Source: Eledone cirrhosa (lineage: Eukaryota). Taken from it: a DNA stretch of 64,000 nucleotides. How positions within the stretch are numbered: position 1 is the stretch's first letter; each line of letters begins with the position of its first letter. The stretch is taken from assembly GCA_964016885.1 (NCBI GenBank), contig OZ024764.1:7564001-7628000 (forward strand). The letters run 5' to 3'. The notes beneath the pieces were generated by a model. It worked only from the letters and a program-made list of their open reading frames with translations. It was not told the origin of the DNA and did no database searches. Positions 38,835-52,058 of this stretch are shown here, piece after piece. Both the position numbers and the translations under genes were made by a program.

Positions 38835-41720
38835 GTACAAAACCTAAATCAAATGTGTGTGTGAGTGTGTGTATGTCTGCCTGTGTGTGTGTTTGTGTGT
38901 GTCTGTGTCTGCCTGCATGTGTGTCTGTGTGCTTGTGTGTGTGTTACAAAACCTAAATCAAATGTGTGTGTGTGTGTGTCTGTGTCTGCGTGTCTGTCTG
39001 CCTGTGTGTGTGTGTCTGTGTCTGCCTGCATGTGTGTGTTACAAAACCTAAATCAAATGTGTGTCTGTGTGTGTGTCTGCCTGTGTGTGTGTCTGTCTGT
39101 GTGCGTCTGCTTGTGTGTGTGTGTGTGTCTGCCTGCGTGTGTGTGCTACAAAACCTAAATCAAATGTGTGTGTGTGTGTCTGTGTCTGCGTGTCTGTCTG
39201 CCTGTGTGTGTGTCTGTGTGCCTGCCTGTGTGTGTGTGTCTGTGTGCCTGTGTGTGTGCTACAAAACCTAAATCAAATGTGTGTCTGCGTGTCTGTCTGT
39301 GTGTGTGTCTGCCTGTGTGTGTGTCTGTGTGTGCCTGTCTGTGTGCGTGTGTGTCTGTGTGCCTGTGTGTGTGTTACAAAACCTAAATCAAATGTGTCTG
39401 TGTGTGTGTCTGCCTGTGTGTGTGTCTGCCTGTGTGTGTGTCTGTCTGTGTGCGTCTGCCTGTGTGTGTGTGTGTGTCTGCCTGCGTGTGTGTGTGTGTC
39501 TGCCTGCGTGTGTGTGTTACAAAACCTAAATCAAATGTGTGTGTCTGTGTCTGTCTGCCTGTGTGTGTGTCTGTCTGTGTGCGTCTGCCTGTGTGCGTGT
39601 GTGTCTGTGTCTGCCTGTGTGTGTGTCTGTGTGTGCCTGTCTGTGTGCGTGTGTGTCTGTGTCTGCCTGCGTGTGTGTGCTACAAAACCTAAATCAAATG
39701 TGTGTCTGTGTGTGTGTCTGCCTGTGTGTGTGTGTGTGTGCCTGTCTGTGTGCGTGTGTGTCTGTGTCTGCCTGCGTGTGTGTGCTACAAAACCTAAATC
39801 AAATGTGTGTCTGTGTGTGTGTCTGCCTGTGTGTGTGTCTGTGTGTGCCTGTCTGTGTGCGTGTGTGTCTGTGTCTGCCTGCGTGTGTGTGTTACAAAAC
39901 CTAAATCAAATGTGTGTCTGTGTGTGTGTCTGCCTGTGTGTGTGTCTGTGTGTGCCTGTCTGTGTGCGTGTGTGTCTGTGTGCCTGCGTGTGTGTGTTAC
40001 AAAACCTAAATCAAATGTGTGTGTCTGTGTCTGTCTGCCTGTGTGTGTGTCTGTCTGTGTGCGTCTGCCTGTGTGCGTGTGTGTCTGTGTCTGCCTGTGT
40101 GTGTGTCTGTGTGTGCCTGTCTGTGTGCGTGTGTGTCTGTGTCTGCCTGCGTGTGTGTGTTACAAAACCTAAATCAAATGTGTGTGTCTGTGTCTGTCTG
40201 CCTGTGTGTGTGTCTGTCTGTGTGCGTCTGCCTGTGTGCGTGTGTGTCTGTGTCTGCCTGTGTGTGTGTCTGTGTGTGCCTGTCTGTGTGCGTGTGTGTC
40301 TGTGTCTGCCTGCGTGTGTGTGTTACAAAACCTAAATCAAATGTGTGTGTCTGTGTGCGTTTGCCTGTGTGTGTGTCTGTCTGTGTGCGTCTGCCTGTGT
40401 GCGTGTGTGTCTGTGTCTGCCTGTGTGTGTGTCTGTGTGTGCCTGTCTGTGTGCGTGTGTGTCTGTGTCTGCCTGCGTGTGTGTGTTACAAAACCTAAAT
40501 CAAATGTGTCTGTGTGTGTGTCTGCCTGTGTGTGTGTCTGTCTGTGTGCGTGTGTGTCTGTGTCTGCCTGCGTGTGTGTGTTACAAAACCTAAATCAAAT
40601 GTGTGTCTGTGTGTGTGTCTGCCTGTGTGTGTGTCTGTGTGTGCCTGTCTGTGTGTGTGTGTCTGTGTCTGCGTGTCTGTCTGCCTGTGTGTGTGTCTGT
40701 GTGCCTGCCTGTGTGTGTGTGTCTGTGTGCCTGTGTGTGTGTTACAAAACCTAAATCAAATGTGTGTCTGTGTGTGTGTCTGCCTGTGTGTGTGTCTGTC
40801 TGTGTGCGTCTGCCTGTGTGTGTGTGTCTGCCTGCGTGTGTGTGTGTGTCTGCCTGCGTGTGTGTGTTACAAAACCTAAATCAAATGTGTGTGTCTGTGT
40901 CTGTCTGCCTGTGTGTGTGTCTGTCTGTGTGCGTTTGCCTGTGTGTGTGTCTGTCTGTGTGCGTCTGCCTGTGTGCGTGTGTGTCTGTGTCTGCCTGTGT
41001 GTGTGTCTGTGTGTGCCTGTCTGTGTGCGTGTGTGTCTGTGTCTGCCTGCGTGTGTGTGTTACAAAACCTAAATCAAATGTGTGTGTGTGCATGTGTCTG
41101 CCTGTGTGTGTGTCTGTCTGTGTGCGTGTGTGTCTGTGTCTGCCTGCGTGTGTGTGTTACAAAACCTAAATCAAATGTGTGTCTGTGTGTGTGTCTGCCT
41201 GTGTGTGTGTCTGTGTGTGCCTGTCTGTGTGCGTGTGTGTCTGTGTCTGCCTGCGTGTGTGTGTTACAAAACCTAAATCAAATGTGTGTCTGTGTGTGTG
41301 TCTGCCTGTGTGTGTGTGTGTGTGCCTGTCTGTGTGCGTGTGTGTCTGTGTCTGCCTGCGTGTGTGTGTTACAAAACCTAAATCATATGTGTGTGTGTGC
41401 ATGTGTCTGCCTGTGTGTGTGTCTGCCTGTCTGTGTGTGTGTGTGTCTGTGTCTGCCTGCGTGTGTGTGCTACAAAACCTAAATCAAATGTGTGTCTGTG
41501 TGTGTGTCTGCCTGTGTGTGTGTCTGTGTGTGCCTGTCTGTGTGCGTGTGTGTCTGTGTCTGCCTGCGTGTGTGTGTTACAAAACCTAAATCATATGTGT
41601 GTGTGTGCATGTGTCTGCCTGTGTGTGTGTGTGTTTGTGTATGTGTGTCTGTCTGCCTGTGTGTATGTCTGTGCCTGTGTGTCTGTGTTTGTGTGTGTGT
41701 CTGTGTCTGCCTGTGTGTGT
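38835..41720. repeat. anchored compound array: constant TACAAAACCTAAATCAAATGTG (23 copies) with variable GT/GTCT/GCCT spacers
   Basis: anchor spacing ~95-190 bp. Confidence 0.93.
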
Positions 41721-41974
41721 GGTTGGGCCTTTAATCACCAAGACTGGCTAAAGTGGAAGATGCAAGATGGTCGGTCGTCCTCGGGTCTATGATTTTCAGC
41801 CCCATGGATTTTATCTGTTACATTCATTTATTATATTTCGAATACCTGATGATGTCACCGGATTCATACGGAACCCGGTCATTGAAATTATCAGAGTATA
41901 ATAAACCTTTCAAGGATTTACACAAGTCCAGCCTCCTGTTATTTTATTATTATATATATATATATGTAGATGTG

Positions 41975-42005
<31 letters not shown>

Positions 42006-42049
42006 GTGTGTGTATATATATATATGTATGTAGATATATATATAAGTAG

Positions 42050-42084
<35 letters not shown>

Positions 42085-42093
42085 TATATAAGT

Positions 42094-42126
<33 letters not shown>

Positions 42127-42161
42127 TAGATATATATATATATATATATATATATAAGTAG

Positions 42162-42194
<33 letters not shown>

Positions 42195-42201
42195 TAAGTA
42201 G

Positions 42202-42250
<49 letters not shown>

Positions 42251-42268
42251 TATATATATATATATATA

Positions 42269-42388
<120 letters not shown>

Positions 42389-42389
42389 T

Positions 42390-42434
<45 letters not shown>

Positions 42435-42437
42435 TAG

Positions 42438-42470
<33 letters not shown>

Positions 42471-42479
42471 TATAAGTAG

Positions 42480-42520
<41 letters not shown>

Positions 42521-42551
42521 AGTAGATATATATATATATATATATATAAGT

Positions 42552-42602
<51 letters not shown>

Positions 42603-42729
42603 AGTTGTAAGTGGTGTGCGTGATTGTATGCATGAATGAGTGTTGGTATGTGTGGTTGTGGTTTGTATGCATGAGTATTAGTGTGTGAGTCGTGTCAATA
42701 AGTTTCCTTTTTTTTTTTTTTTTTTTTTT

Positions 42730-45700
42730 AATGACCATGCTGTAAAATGGAGGGGTAGAGAGGGCCCTTGAGTCTAGTAAGACATCCTCTCTAGTGCTGG
42801 TGGCACAAATAAAAGCACCCAGTCCATGCTGTAAAGTGGCGCTGGTGTTAGGAAGGGCATCCAACCAGTGTATCAATGCCAAAAAGCTTATCAGCACAGC
42901 AACAAAACAGCATAGAAAAATATGAAGACGTCGCATCTCAGAGTTGCAACACTTAATGTTGGCACTCTCAGAGGTAGGTCTGCTGAAATAGCGGAGATGC
43001 TGGAGAGAAGGCAGGTGGATGTGTGCTGCGTGCAAGAGGTGAGATGGAGGGGTGCCTCTGCGAGACTAGTCGTAGGCAAGCGTCTTAGCTATAAGCTATT
43101 CTGGGTAGGTAAGGATGATGGGTTAGGGGGAGTAGGCATTTTCCTGGCTGAGAAATGGATCAATAAGACAATAGAGGTAGTTCGAGTTAGTAATCGAATA
43201 ATTAAGCTTAGATTAGTTGTAGGTAGGAGACTACTGACAATCATCTCGGTCTATGCTCCCCAAGCAGGCCTAGGCAAAGATGAGAAAGACTGCTTTTATG
43301 AGCAACTTTTGCAAACAACCACAATGACAGAGGACGGAGACATCGTTATGCTAGCAGGAGACTTCAATGGTCATGTTGGACAGCTCCAGGATGGTTACAC
43401 TGGGGTACATGGTGGGCACGGTTACGGTTCAAGAAATGAAGAAGGAGTGAGACTTCTTGAATTTTGTGATGCAAGTACATTGACTATTTGCAACACAAAC
43501 TTCCAGAAACCTGCCAATCACCTAATAACCTACAAATCTGGTGAGCACATAAGCCAGATTGACTTCCTGCTAGTTAGGCAGCGGGACAGGCAGATAGTGT
43601 CTAATACCAAGGCATACCCTGGGGAAGAATGTACCCCACAACATAGGTTAGTTGTTAGTGATATCTCAGTAAGCAAGAGATGGAATGAGACATATAGGAA
43701 GGTGTGGAGAAGAAAGGTCTGGAAGCTAAAAGACCTTTCACTAAAATTCAAATTTAGGAAAGCCCTTCAAGATGTATATGACGAAAAAGAAGACGATTTA
43801 GAGACGTATGACATAGATAATAACTGGAAGTTCTTACGTGACAACTTGCTGAAGGCTACTGATGAAACCTGTGGCTGGAGCAGAGCTCCAACCAGACAGA
43901 GAGTGACCTGGTGGTGGAACAGCAGTGTAGATAAGGCTATTAGAGACAAAAGACTAGCATGGAAGGCTTGGAATAAGGGTGGGAGTAGGGAAGAATATAC
44001 AGCCACTAAGAGAGAAGCTAGACGTCAGGTGTACTTAGCACGCAGGGAGGCAGAGAGTAGGAGGTTTGCCAATGTTCTGCGACGGGAAGATCAGAGGCGT
44101 GCGGTGTTCCACATTGCAAGGCAGTGTGTCAATGCAAATCAGGATGTTGTTGGTGATAAATGTGTCCGGGATGATGCCGGTGTACTTAGTGTCACGAATG
44201 ACCAGAAAAAGGAGGCCTGGAAATGTCATTATGAGAGACTGATGAATGTGGAGAACGAATGGGAGAGAGAGAAATTACCCTTGGTAGATCCGACAGAGGG
44301 ACCAGCTATTGAGATTGACGAATATAGGGTCCAAGAGGCGATTAGGGAAATGAAAAATGGTAAGGCGGCCGGACCATCGGGAATAGTTGCTGAGATGCTG
44401 AAGGCATCAGGGGACGTAGGCACTAAACTGGTTGCACGCATAATCAATCAGGCTATATATGGTGGTGTCATACCCAAAGACTGGTGCAGCAGTATTCTCA
44501 TAAATTGCTACAAAGGTAAAGGGGATGCTTTGGAGAGGAGCAATTATAGGGGTATAAAACTGATAGATCAGGTTATGAAAGTGGCAGAAAGGATTCTAGC
44601 ACAACTAATTAGAGAAAGGGTCAAACTAGATGAGATGCAGTTTGGTTTTGTGCCTGGGAAGAGTACAACAGATGCCCTCTTCTTGGTGAGACAAATGCAA
44701 GAGAGGTTCTTAGAGAAGAATAAGCCACTATACTTAGCCTTTGTTGACCTAGAGAAGGCCTTTGATAGGGTACCCCGATCTGTCATCTGGTGGTCCCTAA
44801 GGAAGCTGGGTGTTGAGGAATGGCTTGTAAGGACAGTGCAAACTTTGTACAGAGGTACTCTTAGTAAAGTCAGGGTAGGAATGGAGTTTAGTGAGGAATT
44901 CCAGATACAAGTAGGAGTACATCAGGGTTCGGTCCTCAGCCCGCTCTTGTTCATTATAGTCCTCCAAGCCATAATAGAGGAGTTTAAGACTGGCTGTCCA
45001 TGGGAACTTCTCTATGCTGACGATCTGGCTCTTATGGCAGAATCAGTAGAGGAGCTAGAGAATAAATTCCGGCTATGGAAACAGCAGTTGGAAGCAAGAG
45101 GACTGAGAGTAAATCTAGCTAAGACAAAAGTGTTGATGAGTAGAAAAGAGGACAAAACCCTGATTCCGTCAGGGAAATGGCCATGTTCGATATGCAGAAA
45201 AGGAACTGGCATAAATTCTATAAAATGCACACAATGTAGGTCCTGGGTACACAAGAGATGTAGCGGGATAGCAGGCAAACTAACAGGTAGGGAGAAATAT
45301 GTATGCAGTAGATGTACAGGGAAATTAGACAGTAGAAGTCGCACTGATAGACACATTTTTCAAATGCGAGAGGGCGCTATAGAAGTGGTGGATAGCTTCC
45401 GGTACCTAGGAGATCAGATTAGCATGGGAGGAGGGTGTTCCGAGGCCATAGTATCTAGAATAAGGACGGGTTGGAAGAAGTTTAGGGAGCTGCTTCCTCT
45501 GTTGACGAAGAAGGGTTTCTCCCTGCGTACGAAAGGCCGGTTGTATGATGCCTGTGTGAGGAGCGCGATGCTGCATGGTAGTGAGACATGGGCAGCTACC
45601 GCAGAAGATATGCGACGGCTGGAGAGAAATGAGGCAAGCATGCTCCGTTGGATGTGCAGTGTAAATGTGCGTGAACGACCCAGCATAAATGTGTTGAGAG

Positions 45701-46020
45701 AGAAACTGTGTCTGAGAGGGATAGAATGTAGTGTACGGGAGAGGAGACTGAGGTGGTATGGACATGTGATGCGCATGGAGGATGACCAATGGGTGAAGAA
45801 GTGCCAGGAAATGCCAGTTGAAGGAAGACGTGGTAGAGGTAGACCACGAAAAACATGGGCGGAGGTGGTGAGAACAGACCTCAGATCATTGAAGCTCACG
45901 GTGGAGATGACGAGGGACCGTGACGAGTGGAGAGATGCGGTGCTGAATAAGACCCGTCCCACCCTTGCAAGCAGGGAAAAGCGGACGTAAAATGATGATG
46001 ATGATGATGATGATGATGAT
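42730..46020 (+). mobile_element. apparently full-length RTE LINE in TTC5 intron 1, antisense to the host
   Basis: 5' UTR, single ORF, (GAT)n tail right after the stop; (TA)n/AGTAG microsatellite on both sides; exact 5' end uncertain (may start near 42600). Confidence 0.9.
42922..45990 (+). CDS. RTE-clade non-LTR retrotransposon ORF: AP endonuclease + reverse transcriptase + PHD-like finger
   Basis: 1022 aa uninterrupted; TLNVGT, QEVR, GDFNGH, QHRLV (APE); [21 protein letters not shown] (RT); [20 protein letters not shown]. Confidence 0.97.
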   Translation: MKTSHLRVATLNVGTLRGRSAEIAEMLERRQVDVCCVQEVRWRGASARLVVGKRLSYKLFWVGKDDGLGGVGIFLAEKWINKTIEVVRVSNRIIKLRLVVGRRLLTIISVYAPQAGLGKDEKDCFYEQLLQTTTMTEDGDIVMLAGDFNGHVGQLQDGYTGVHGGHGYGSRNEEGVRLLEFCDASTLTICNTNFQKPANHLITYKSGEHISQIDFLLVRQRDRQIVSNTKAYPGEECTPQHRLVVSDISVSKRWNETYRKVWRRKVWKLKDLSLKFKFRKALQDVYDEKEDDLETYDIDNNWKFLRDNLLKATDETCGWSRAPTRQRVTWWWNSSVDKAIRDKRLAWKAWNKGGSREEYTATKREARRQVYLARREAESRRFANVLRREDQRRAVFHIARQCVNANQDVVGDKCVRDDAGVLSVTNDQKKEAWKCHYERLMNVENEWEREKLPLVDPTEGPAIEIDEYRVQEAIREMKNGKAAGPSGIVAEMLKASGDVGTKLVARIINQAIYGGVIPKDWCSSILINCYKGKGDALERSNYRGIKLIDQVMKVAERILAQLIRERVKLDEMQFGFVPGKSTTDALFLVRQMQERFLEKNKPLYLAFVDLEKAFDRVPRSVIWWSLRKLGVEEWLVRTVQTLYRGTLSKVRVGMEFSEEFQIQVGVHQGSVLSPLLFIIVLQAIIEEFKTGCPWELLYADDLALMAESVEELENKFRLWKQQLEARGLRVNLAKTKVLMSRKEDKTLIPSGKWPCSICRKGTGINSIKCTQCRSWVHKRCSGIAGKLTGREKYVCSRCTGKLDSRSRTDRHIFQMREGAIEVVDSFRYLGDQISMGGGCSEAIVSRIRTGWKKFRELLPLLTKKGFSLRTKGRLYDACVRSAMLHGSETWAATAEDMRRLERNEASMLRWMCSVNVRERPSINVLREKLCLRGIECSVRERRLRWYGHVMRMEDDQWVKKCQEMPVEGRRGRGRPRKTWAEVVRTDLRSLKLTVEMTRDRDEWRDAVLNKTRPTLASREKRT

Positions 46021-46030
46021 ATATATAAGT

Positions 46031-46063
<33 letters not shown>

Positions 46064-46064
46064 T

Positions 46065-46129
<65 letters not shown>

Positions 46130-46130
46130 T

Positions 46131-46185
<55 letters not shown>

Positions 46186-46186
46186 T

Positions 46187-46225
<39 letters not shown>

Positions 46226-46398
46226 GATATATATATATATGTAGATATATATATATATGTATGTAGATATATATATATATGTAGATATATATATATATAT
46301 GTATGTAGATATATATATATGTAGATATATATATATATATATATATATGTAGATATATATATATGTAGATATATATATATATGTAGATATATATATGT

Positions 46399-46433
<35 letters not shown>

Positions 46434-47017
46434 GATATCTATATATATATATATGTAGATATATATATGTAGATATATATATATATATGTATGTAGATAG
46501 ATATATATATGTATGTAGATATATATATATATGTATGTAGATATATATATATATATGTAGATATATATATATATATATATATATGTAGATATATACATAT
46601 ATATATGTAGATATATACATATATATATGTAGATATATATATATATATATATATGTAGATATATATATATATAGAGAGAGAGAGATAGATATATGTAGAT
46701 AGATAGATTATGTAGTTATATATATATATGTGTATATATATATATATAGATAGATATATATAGATATATAAATATATATATATATGTAGATATATATATA
46801 TAGAGAGAGAGAGAGATAGACAGATAGATATAGATATAGATAGATAGATACAGACAGACAGATATGTTTCTTTATTAGCCACAGGAGCACAAAAGAAGGG
46901 GACAAATACAAAGGGGGAAGTTTACATACAATAAAAACGTGTAAAATACTATCACAAATGCAATTTAAAATTAATCGATTTTCCCCAGAGACACAGATAA
47001 ATACAAAGAGACCCTAC

Positions 47018-47077
47018 CTCAGCCGATTGCAATGGTCGTTTCTCATCAGACTCAACCGGTTTTGTTTCTTCAGCCAT
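47018..47077 (-). CDS. TTC5: TTC5 coding exon 1 (MAEETKPVESDEKRPLQSAE)
   Basis: ATG at 47077, 60 nt, donor GAG|GTAGGG, phase 0 matches exon 2; resembles the short acidic N-terminus of TTC5 as recalled. Confidence 0.8.
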
Positions 47078-47239
47078 AATTACAATAAACCAAATCTTAT
47101 TAAGACTGTTTTAATTAGTAACACCACTACTAAACCTACCTACATACCATATATATATATATGTGTGTGTAACTGTGTGCGAACGTGCTATATATCTATA
47201 TATATATATATAATGTGTGTGTAACTGTGTGCGAACGTG

Positions 47240-47292
<53 letters not shown>

Positions 47293-47639
47293 GAGTGTGT
47301 GTCTGTGCGTAAGGTAACGTCTTATGTATATAGACTGTATATATGCATGTGTATATAAAAAAATTGTATATTTATTTGTGTCTGTATATACATGTGTATA
47401 AAAACGCACGTATGTATATATATATATATGTATGTGTTTGGGGGATCGTGTTTTATATATATATATATGTATGCATGTGTATATATTTATCTATCTCTAC
47501 GTATATACATGTGCATGTTTATATAGACGCGCATATATATACGTGTGTGTGTATATATATATATATAAGTATATATTTGACAAATGTGTGCCCGTGTCAC
47601 AGGGGCTATCTAAAGTGACCCTTGACCCAGGTCACTGGC

Positions 47640-47810
47640 CCCCACAAACTTAAACTGACCTCTCCTCCACTAGACACTATTTATGTTGATAGTATTGCCG
47701 AGGTTGACAGACAACCGGAACCGGAACTACTAGTCCAAAATAAAGACCGGTGTATAAGATTGTCCTACAGAGAAATAGTCCCTTCGGAAATAACTGTCCG
47801 GTTGCAGTCT
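47640..47810 (-). promoter_or_regulatory. candidate TTC5 promoter / non-coding first exon
   Basis: non-repetitive island ~600 bp upstream of the ATG with tandem CCGGAACCGGAA (ETS-like) and a GAG|GTCAGT donor-like site near 47659. Confidence 0.35.
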
Positions 47811-47834
47811 TTTTTTATTAATTTTTTTGTTTGT

Positions 47835-48825
47835 TACCTGGTATTTAACACCCTAGACTAACTCTACAATATGTACCTACGTATTTAACACTCTAGGCCA
47901 GCTATACAATGTGTATCTGGGTATTTAACACCTTAGGCCAGCTCTACAATGTGTATCTGCGTATTTAACACTCTAGGCCAGCTCTACAATGTGTATCTGG
48001 GTATTTAACACCCTTGGCCAGCTTTACAATGTTTACCTAGGTATTTAATATCCTAAGCTAGTCATACAATGAGTACCTGGGTCCCTAGGCTAGCTCTACT
48101 GTGTGTACCTGGATATTCAGTCCCCCAGGCTAGCTCTACAATATGTACCTGGGTATTTAACACCCTAGACTAGCTCTACTGTGTGTACCTACGTATTTAG
48201 TAGACCCGGCTAGCTCTACAATATGTACCTGGGTATTTAGCACATTAGGCTAGCTATACTGTGTGTACGTGCGTTTTCAGTCCCCAGGCGGCTCTACAAT
48301 GTGTACCTGGGTATTTAACACCCTAGGTTAGCTTTACAATGTGTACCCGGGTATTTAGTACCCTAGGCTAACTCTACAATATGTACCTGGGTATTTAACA
48401 CCCTAGGCTAGCTCTGCAACATGTACCTTAGGCTAGCTTTACAATATGTACCTGGGTATTTAGTACCCTTGGCTAGCTCTATAAAGTGTACCTGGGTATT
48501 TAACACCCTAGGTTATCTATACAATATGTACCTGGGTATTTAATACCCTAGGCTAGCTCTACAATATCTACCTGGATATTTAGCACCTTAGGCTAGCTCT
48601 ACTGTATGTTCCTGGGTATTTAACACCCTAGGCTAGCTCTACAATGTGTACCTGGATATTTAACACCCTAGGCTAGCTCTATAAAGTGTACCTGGGTATT
48701 TAACACCCTAGGCTAGCTCTATAATATGTACCTAGATATTTTGTACCCTTGGCTAGCTCTACAATGTGTACCTGGGTATTTAACACCCTAGGCTAGCTCT
48801 ACAATGTGTACCTGGGTATTTAGTG
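47835..48825. repeat. 40 bp diverged tandem array (~24 copies)
   Basis: GTACCTGGGTATTTAACACCCTAGGCTAGCTCTACAATGT. Confidence 0.93.
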
Positions 48826-49059
48826 GTTTTGTTTCATAGAACCAGAGTTAATTTTGGCCAGGTTGGTATCAAAAGGGTGAAAGGTCATACAGGGCGTGAC
48901 CCTAATCTCAGCAATTATTCAGGTATTTTAATTAGCTATTGTTAATTTGGTAAAACATTTTTCCCACACCTGTCTTCAATTTCACATGATGAACCAGTAA
49001 TAAACAAGGGTGGTGGTGGTGGGGTGGTGTGGTGTGGTGTGGTGGTGGTGGTGTCTGGA

Positions 49060-49795
49060 TAACAACACCAATACCACCAATACCACCACCACCAACACCA
49101 ACACCACCAACATCACCACCATCACCAACAATACCAACACCAACACCACTACTAACACCACCACCACACCAACACTACCACCACCAACACCACCACCACC
49201 ACCACACCAACACTACCACCACCAACACCACCACCACCACCACCACCACCACACCAACAACACCACCACCACTACCAACAACAACACTACCACCAACAAC
49301 ACTACCACCAACAACACCAACACCAACAACACCACCACCACACCAACACCACCACCACCAACACTACCAACAACAACAACACCACCACCACACCAACACT
49401 ACCACCAACAACAACGCCACCACCACACCAACACCAACAACAACACTACCAACACCAACAACACCACCACCACTACTCCAACACCAACACCACACCAACA
49501 CCACCACCACACCAACAACAACACTACCAACACCAACAACACCACCACCACTACTCCAACACCAACACCACACCAACACCACCACCACACCAACACTACC
49601 ACCAACAACAACACTACCAACACCAACAACACCACCACCACTACTCCAACACCAACACCACACCAACACCACCACCAACAACAACAACATCACCACCACT
49701 ACCACACCAACCACACCATCAACACCACTACCACCAACAACACCACCACCAACAACACTACCACCACCAACAACACCACCACCACCACCACCAAC

Positions 49796-49826
<31 letters not shown>

Positions 49827-49842
49827 GTAATAACAACTACAA
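49060..49842. repeat. (CAC/CAA)n compound microsatellite
   Basis: direct inspection. Confidence 0.95.
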
Positions 49843-49869
49843 TAGATATGTTTCAGACAACTCTTTAAT

Positions 49870-50322
49870 TAGATGTTTGACAAAACTAGATGTTTGACAA
49901 AAGTAGATGTTTGACAAAACTAGATGTTTGACAAAACTAGTAGTTTGACAAAACTAGATGTTTGACAAAACTAGATGTTTGACAAAACTAGATGTTTGAC
50001 AAAACTAGATGTTTGACAAAACTAGATGTTTGACAAAACTAGATGTTTGACAAAACTAGTAGTTTGACAAAACTAGATGTTTGACAAAACTAGATGTTTG
50101 ACAAAACTAGATGTTTGACAAAACTAGTAGTTTGACAAAACTAGATGTTTGACAAAACTAGTAGTTTGACAAAACTAGTTGTTTGACAAAATTGGTTGTT
50201 TGACATTACGCAATGTTTGACAAAGGTAGTTGTTTAACAAAACTGGTTGTTTGACAACATTAGTTGTTTGACAAAACTGCTTGTTTGACATTACGCAATG
50301 TTTGACAAATCTAGTGGTTTGA
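49870..50322. repeat. 17 bp tandem array starting at the stop codon of the DUF4430-like gene
   Basis: AGATGTTTGACAAAACT units. Confidence 0.93.
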
Positions 50323-50405
50323 CATCAGGTTCGCTTTGATGATGTTTGAGTCTGCATAGTTGATGATGATGACAGCATTGTGCCTGGGTTCGAAACTGGA
50401 GAGTT
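50311..50405 (-). CDS. terminal exon of putative DUF4430-like gene (ELSSFEPRHNAVIIINYADSNIIKANLMSNH*)
   Basis: cag acceptor, phase 1 fits the previous exon, TAG at 50313-50311; F-x-P...I-x-I-x-Y fits the final beta strands. Confidence 0.7.
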
Positions 50406-50663
50406 CTGTCAGGGGGAGACAAATAAATATGTGTGTAAAAAGTAAACGGAAACAACAAAGCAAACGATACAGTACAATGAAAAAAATATATTAGTTTTAC
50501 ACTTGAAATAATAGGAAAAGAGTCTTAATGTTTCGGACACTGGTTCTTCATCAGAAGATAGAATGAGAAATAAAAGATGAAGTAGAAAGATAGAGAGTGA
50601 GAAGAGGAAGGAAAAGGAAAAGAACATGTGTGCATATTCAGTCAGCCATTTTTGGGACAACGA

Positions 50664-51378
50664 AAATAAGTGACATAGTCACTACTTTAAAAATCATAGC
50701 GTATGGTCTTCTAAATGTTTTTAATTAAACATACGGTATATTGTAAAATATACTATACATACATTCATGTATACATCGCTATTTCAGAGCACCAATCCTA
50801 ATACCTAATTTTTGCTGGACTGGCAATCAGCTCCTGATTATTACTGGAATTCTATAAGAATCCACCTTCTATAATTCTCAGCAAAGGCAGCAGAGTGTGT
50901 GGTCTTGATAAAAGCTCACAAGCGAGAAACAAACTGTCAATCACTCTCTGTTGATTTTGCCAAGAATAAGTAAATGACATAGTCACTACTTTAAAACTCA
51001 TAGCAAATTGTCTTCTAAATGTTTTTAATTAAACATACATTATATTGCCACATATACTATACATACATTCATGTATACATCGCTATTTCAGAGCACCAAT
51101 CCTAATACCTAATTTTTGCTGGACCGGCAATCGCTCTGTATAATCAGCTCCTGATTATTACTGAAATTCTATAAGAATCCAGCTTCTATAATTCTCGGCA
51201 GAATCGAAGGGGTGAGTAGTCTTGATAAATACTGATGAGCAAGTAACAGGACTGTCGATAACTCTCCCTTTGTTTTTGCTGAGAATAAGTAAGTGACATA
51301 GTCACTACTTTAAAACCAATAGCGTATGGTCTTCTAAATGTTTTTAATTAAACATACCGTATATTTCCAAGTATACTA
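50664..51378. repeat. ~310 bp tandem duplication (about 2.3 copies)
   Basis: TGACATAGTCACTACTTTAAAA at ~50670, ~50975, ~51295. Confidence 0.85.
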
Positions 51379-51725
51379 TGGAGGCATATGGCTTAGTGGT
51401 TAGAGCATTGGCCTTGCAATTGAAAGGTTGTGAGTTCAATTCTCAGACCGGGTGATGTGTTGTTTCCTTGAGCAAGACACTTTATTTCACATTGCTCCAG
51501 TTTACTCAGCTGTAGAAATGAGATGATAGGGACTGGGGTCCCTATCATTTCACTGTAAAGTGGTCGTGGAGGTGCCACGGCAAAAAAGCACCCAGCACTC
51601 ACTGTAAATGAGGTTGGTGTTAGGAAGGGCATCCAGCTGTAGAAATCAAGCCAGAATTAGTTCCCGTCCCACCCTTGCAAGCAGGGAAAAGCGGACGTAA
51701 AATGATGATGATGATGATAATGATG
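51379..51725 (+). mobile_element. SINE family A, full length
   Basis: matches the family consensus. Confidence 0.88.
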
Positions 51726-52058
51726 ATATATATATATAAAGTACCAGTCAAGTACTGGGCTCAATTCATCCTCTATAACTCTTTCTCACTTCCACTCTCT
51801 CACCCTCTATCCTTCTCTGGAAGAAATCTGCTGCATTCAGACCTGGAGAGGGGATGGGCTCTGCCAGCTTTTAAAATGCCCAAGAAACACCGTATGTCAG
51901 TACAGTGCCCTTAAAACTGCCTCAGAAGTTACAAGACAATATATACATACATTAACATACATATTTTAATAGTAAAGCTGTGTTTCTATGTTTGTATGTA
52001 CCTTCGTTGTAGCTCAAACAGTCCATTCTACATTCTAAATATTTTGATTTATATACTG

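Noticed and set aside
38835-41720. CRISPR array or Cys-rich protein
   Set aside because: Spacers are microsatellite variants of each other, the context is a eukaryotic intron, and there are no cas genes
49010-49897. Mucin-like Thr/Asn/Pro ORFs
   Set aside because: (CAC/CAA)n microsatellite open in several frames
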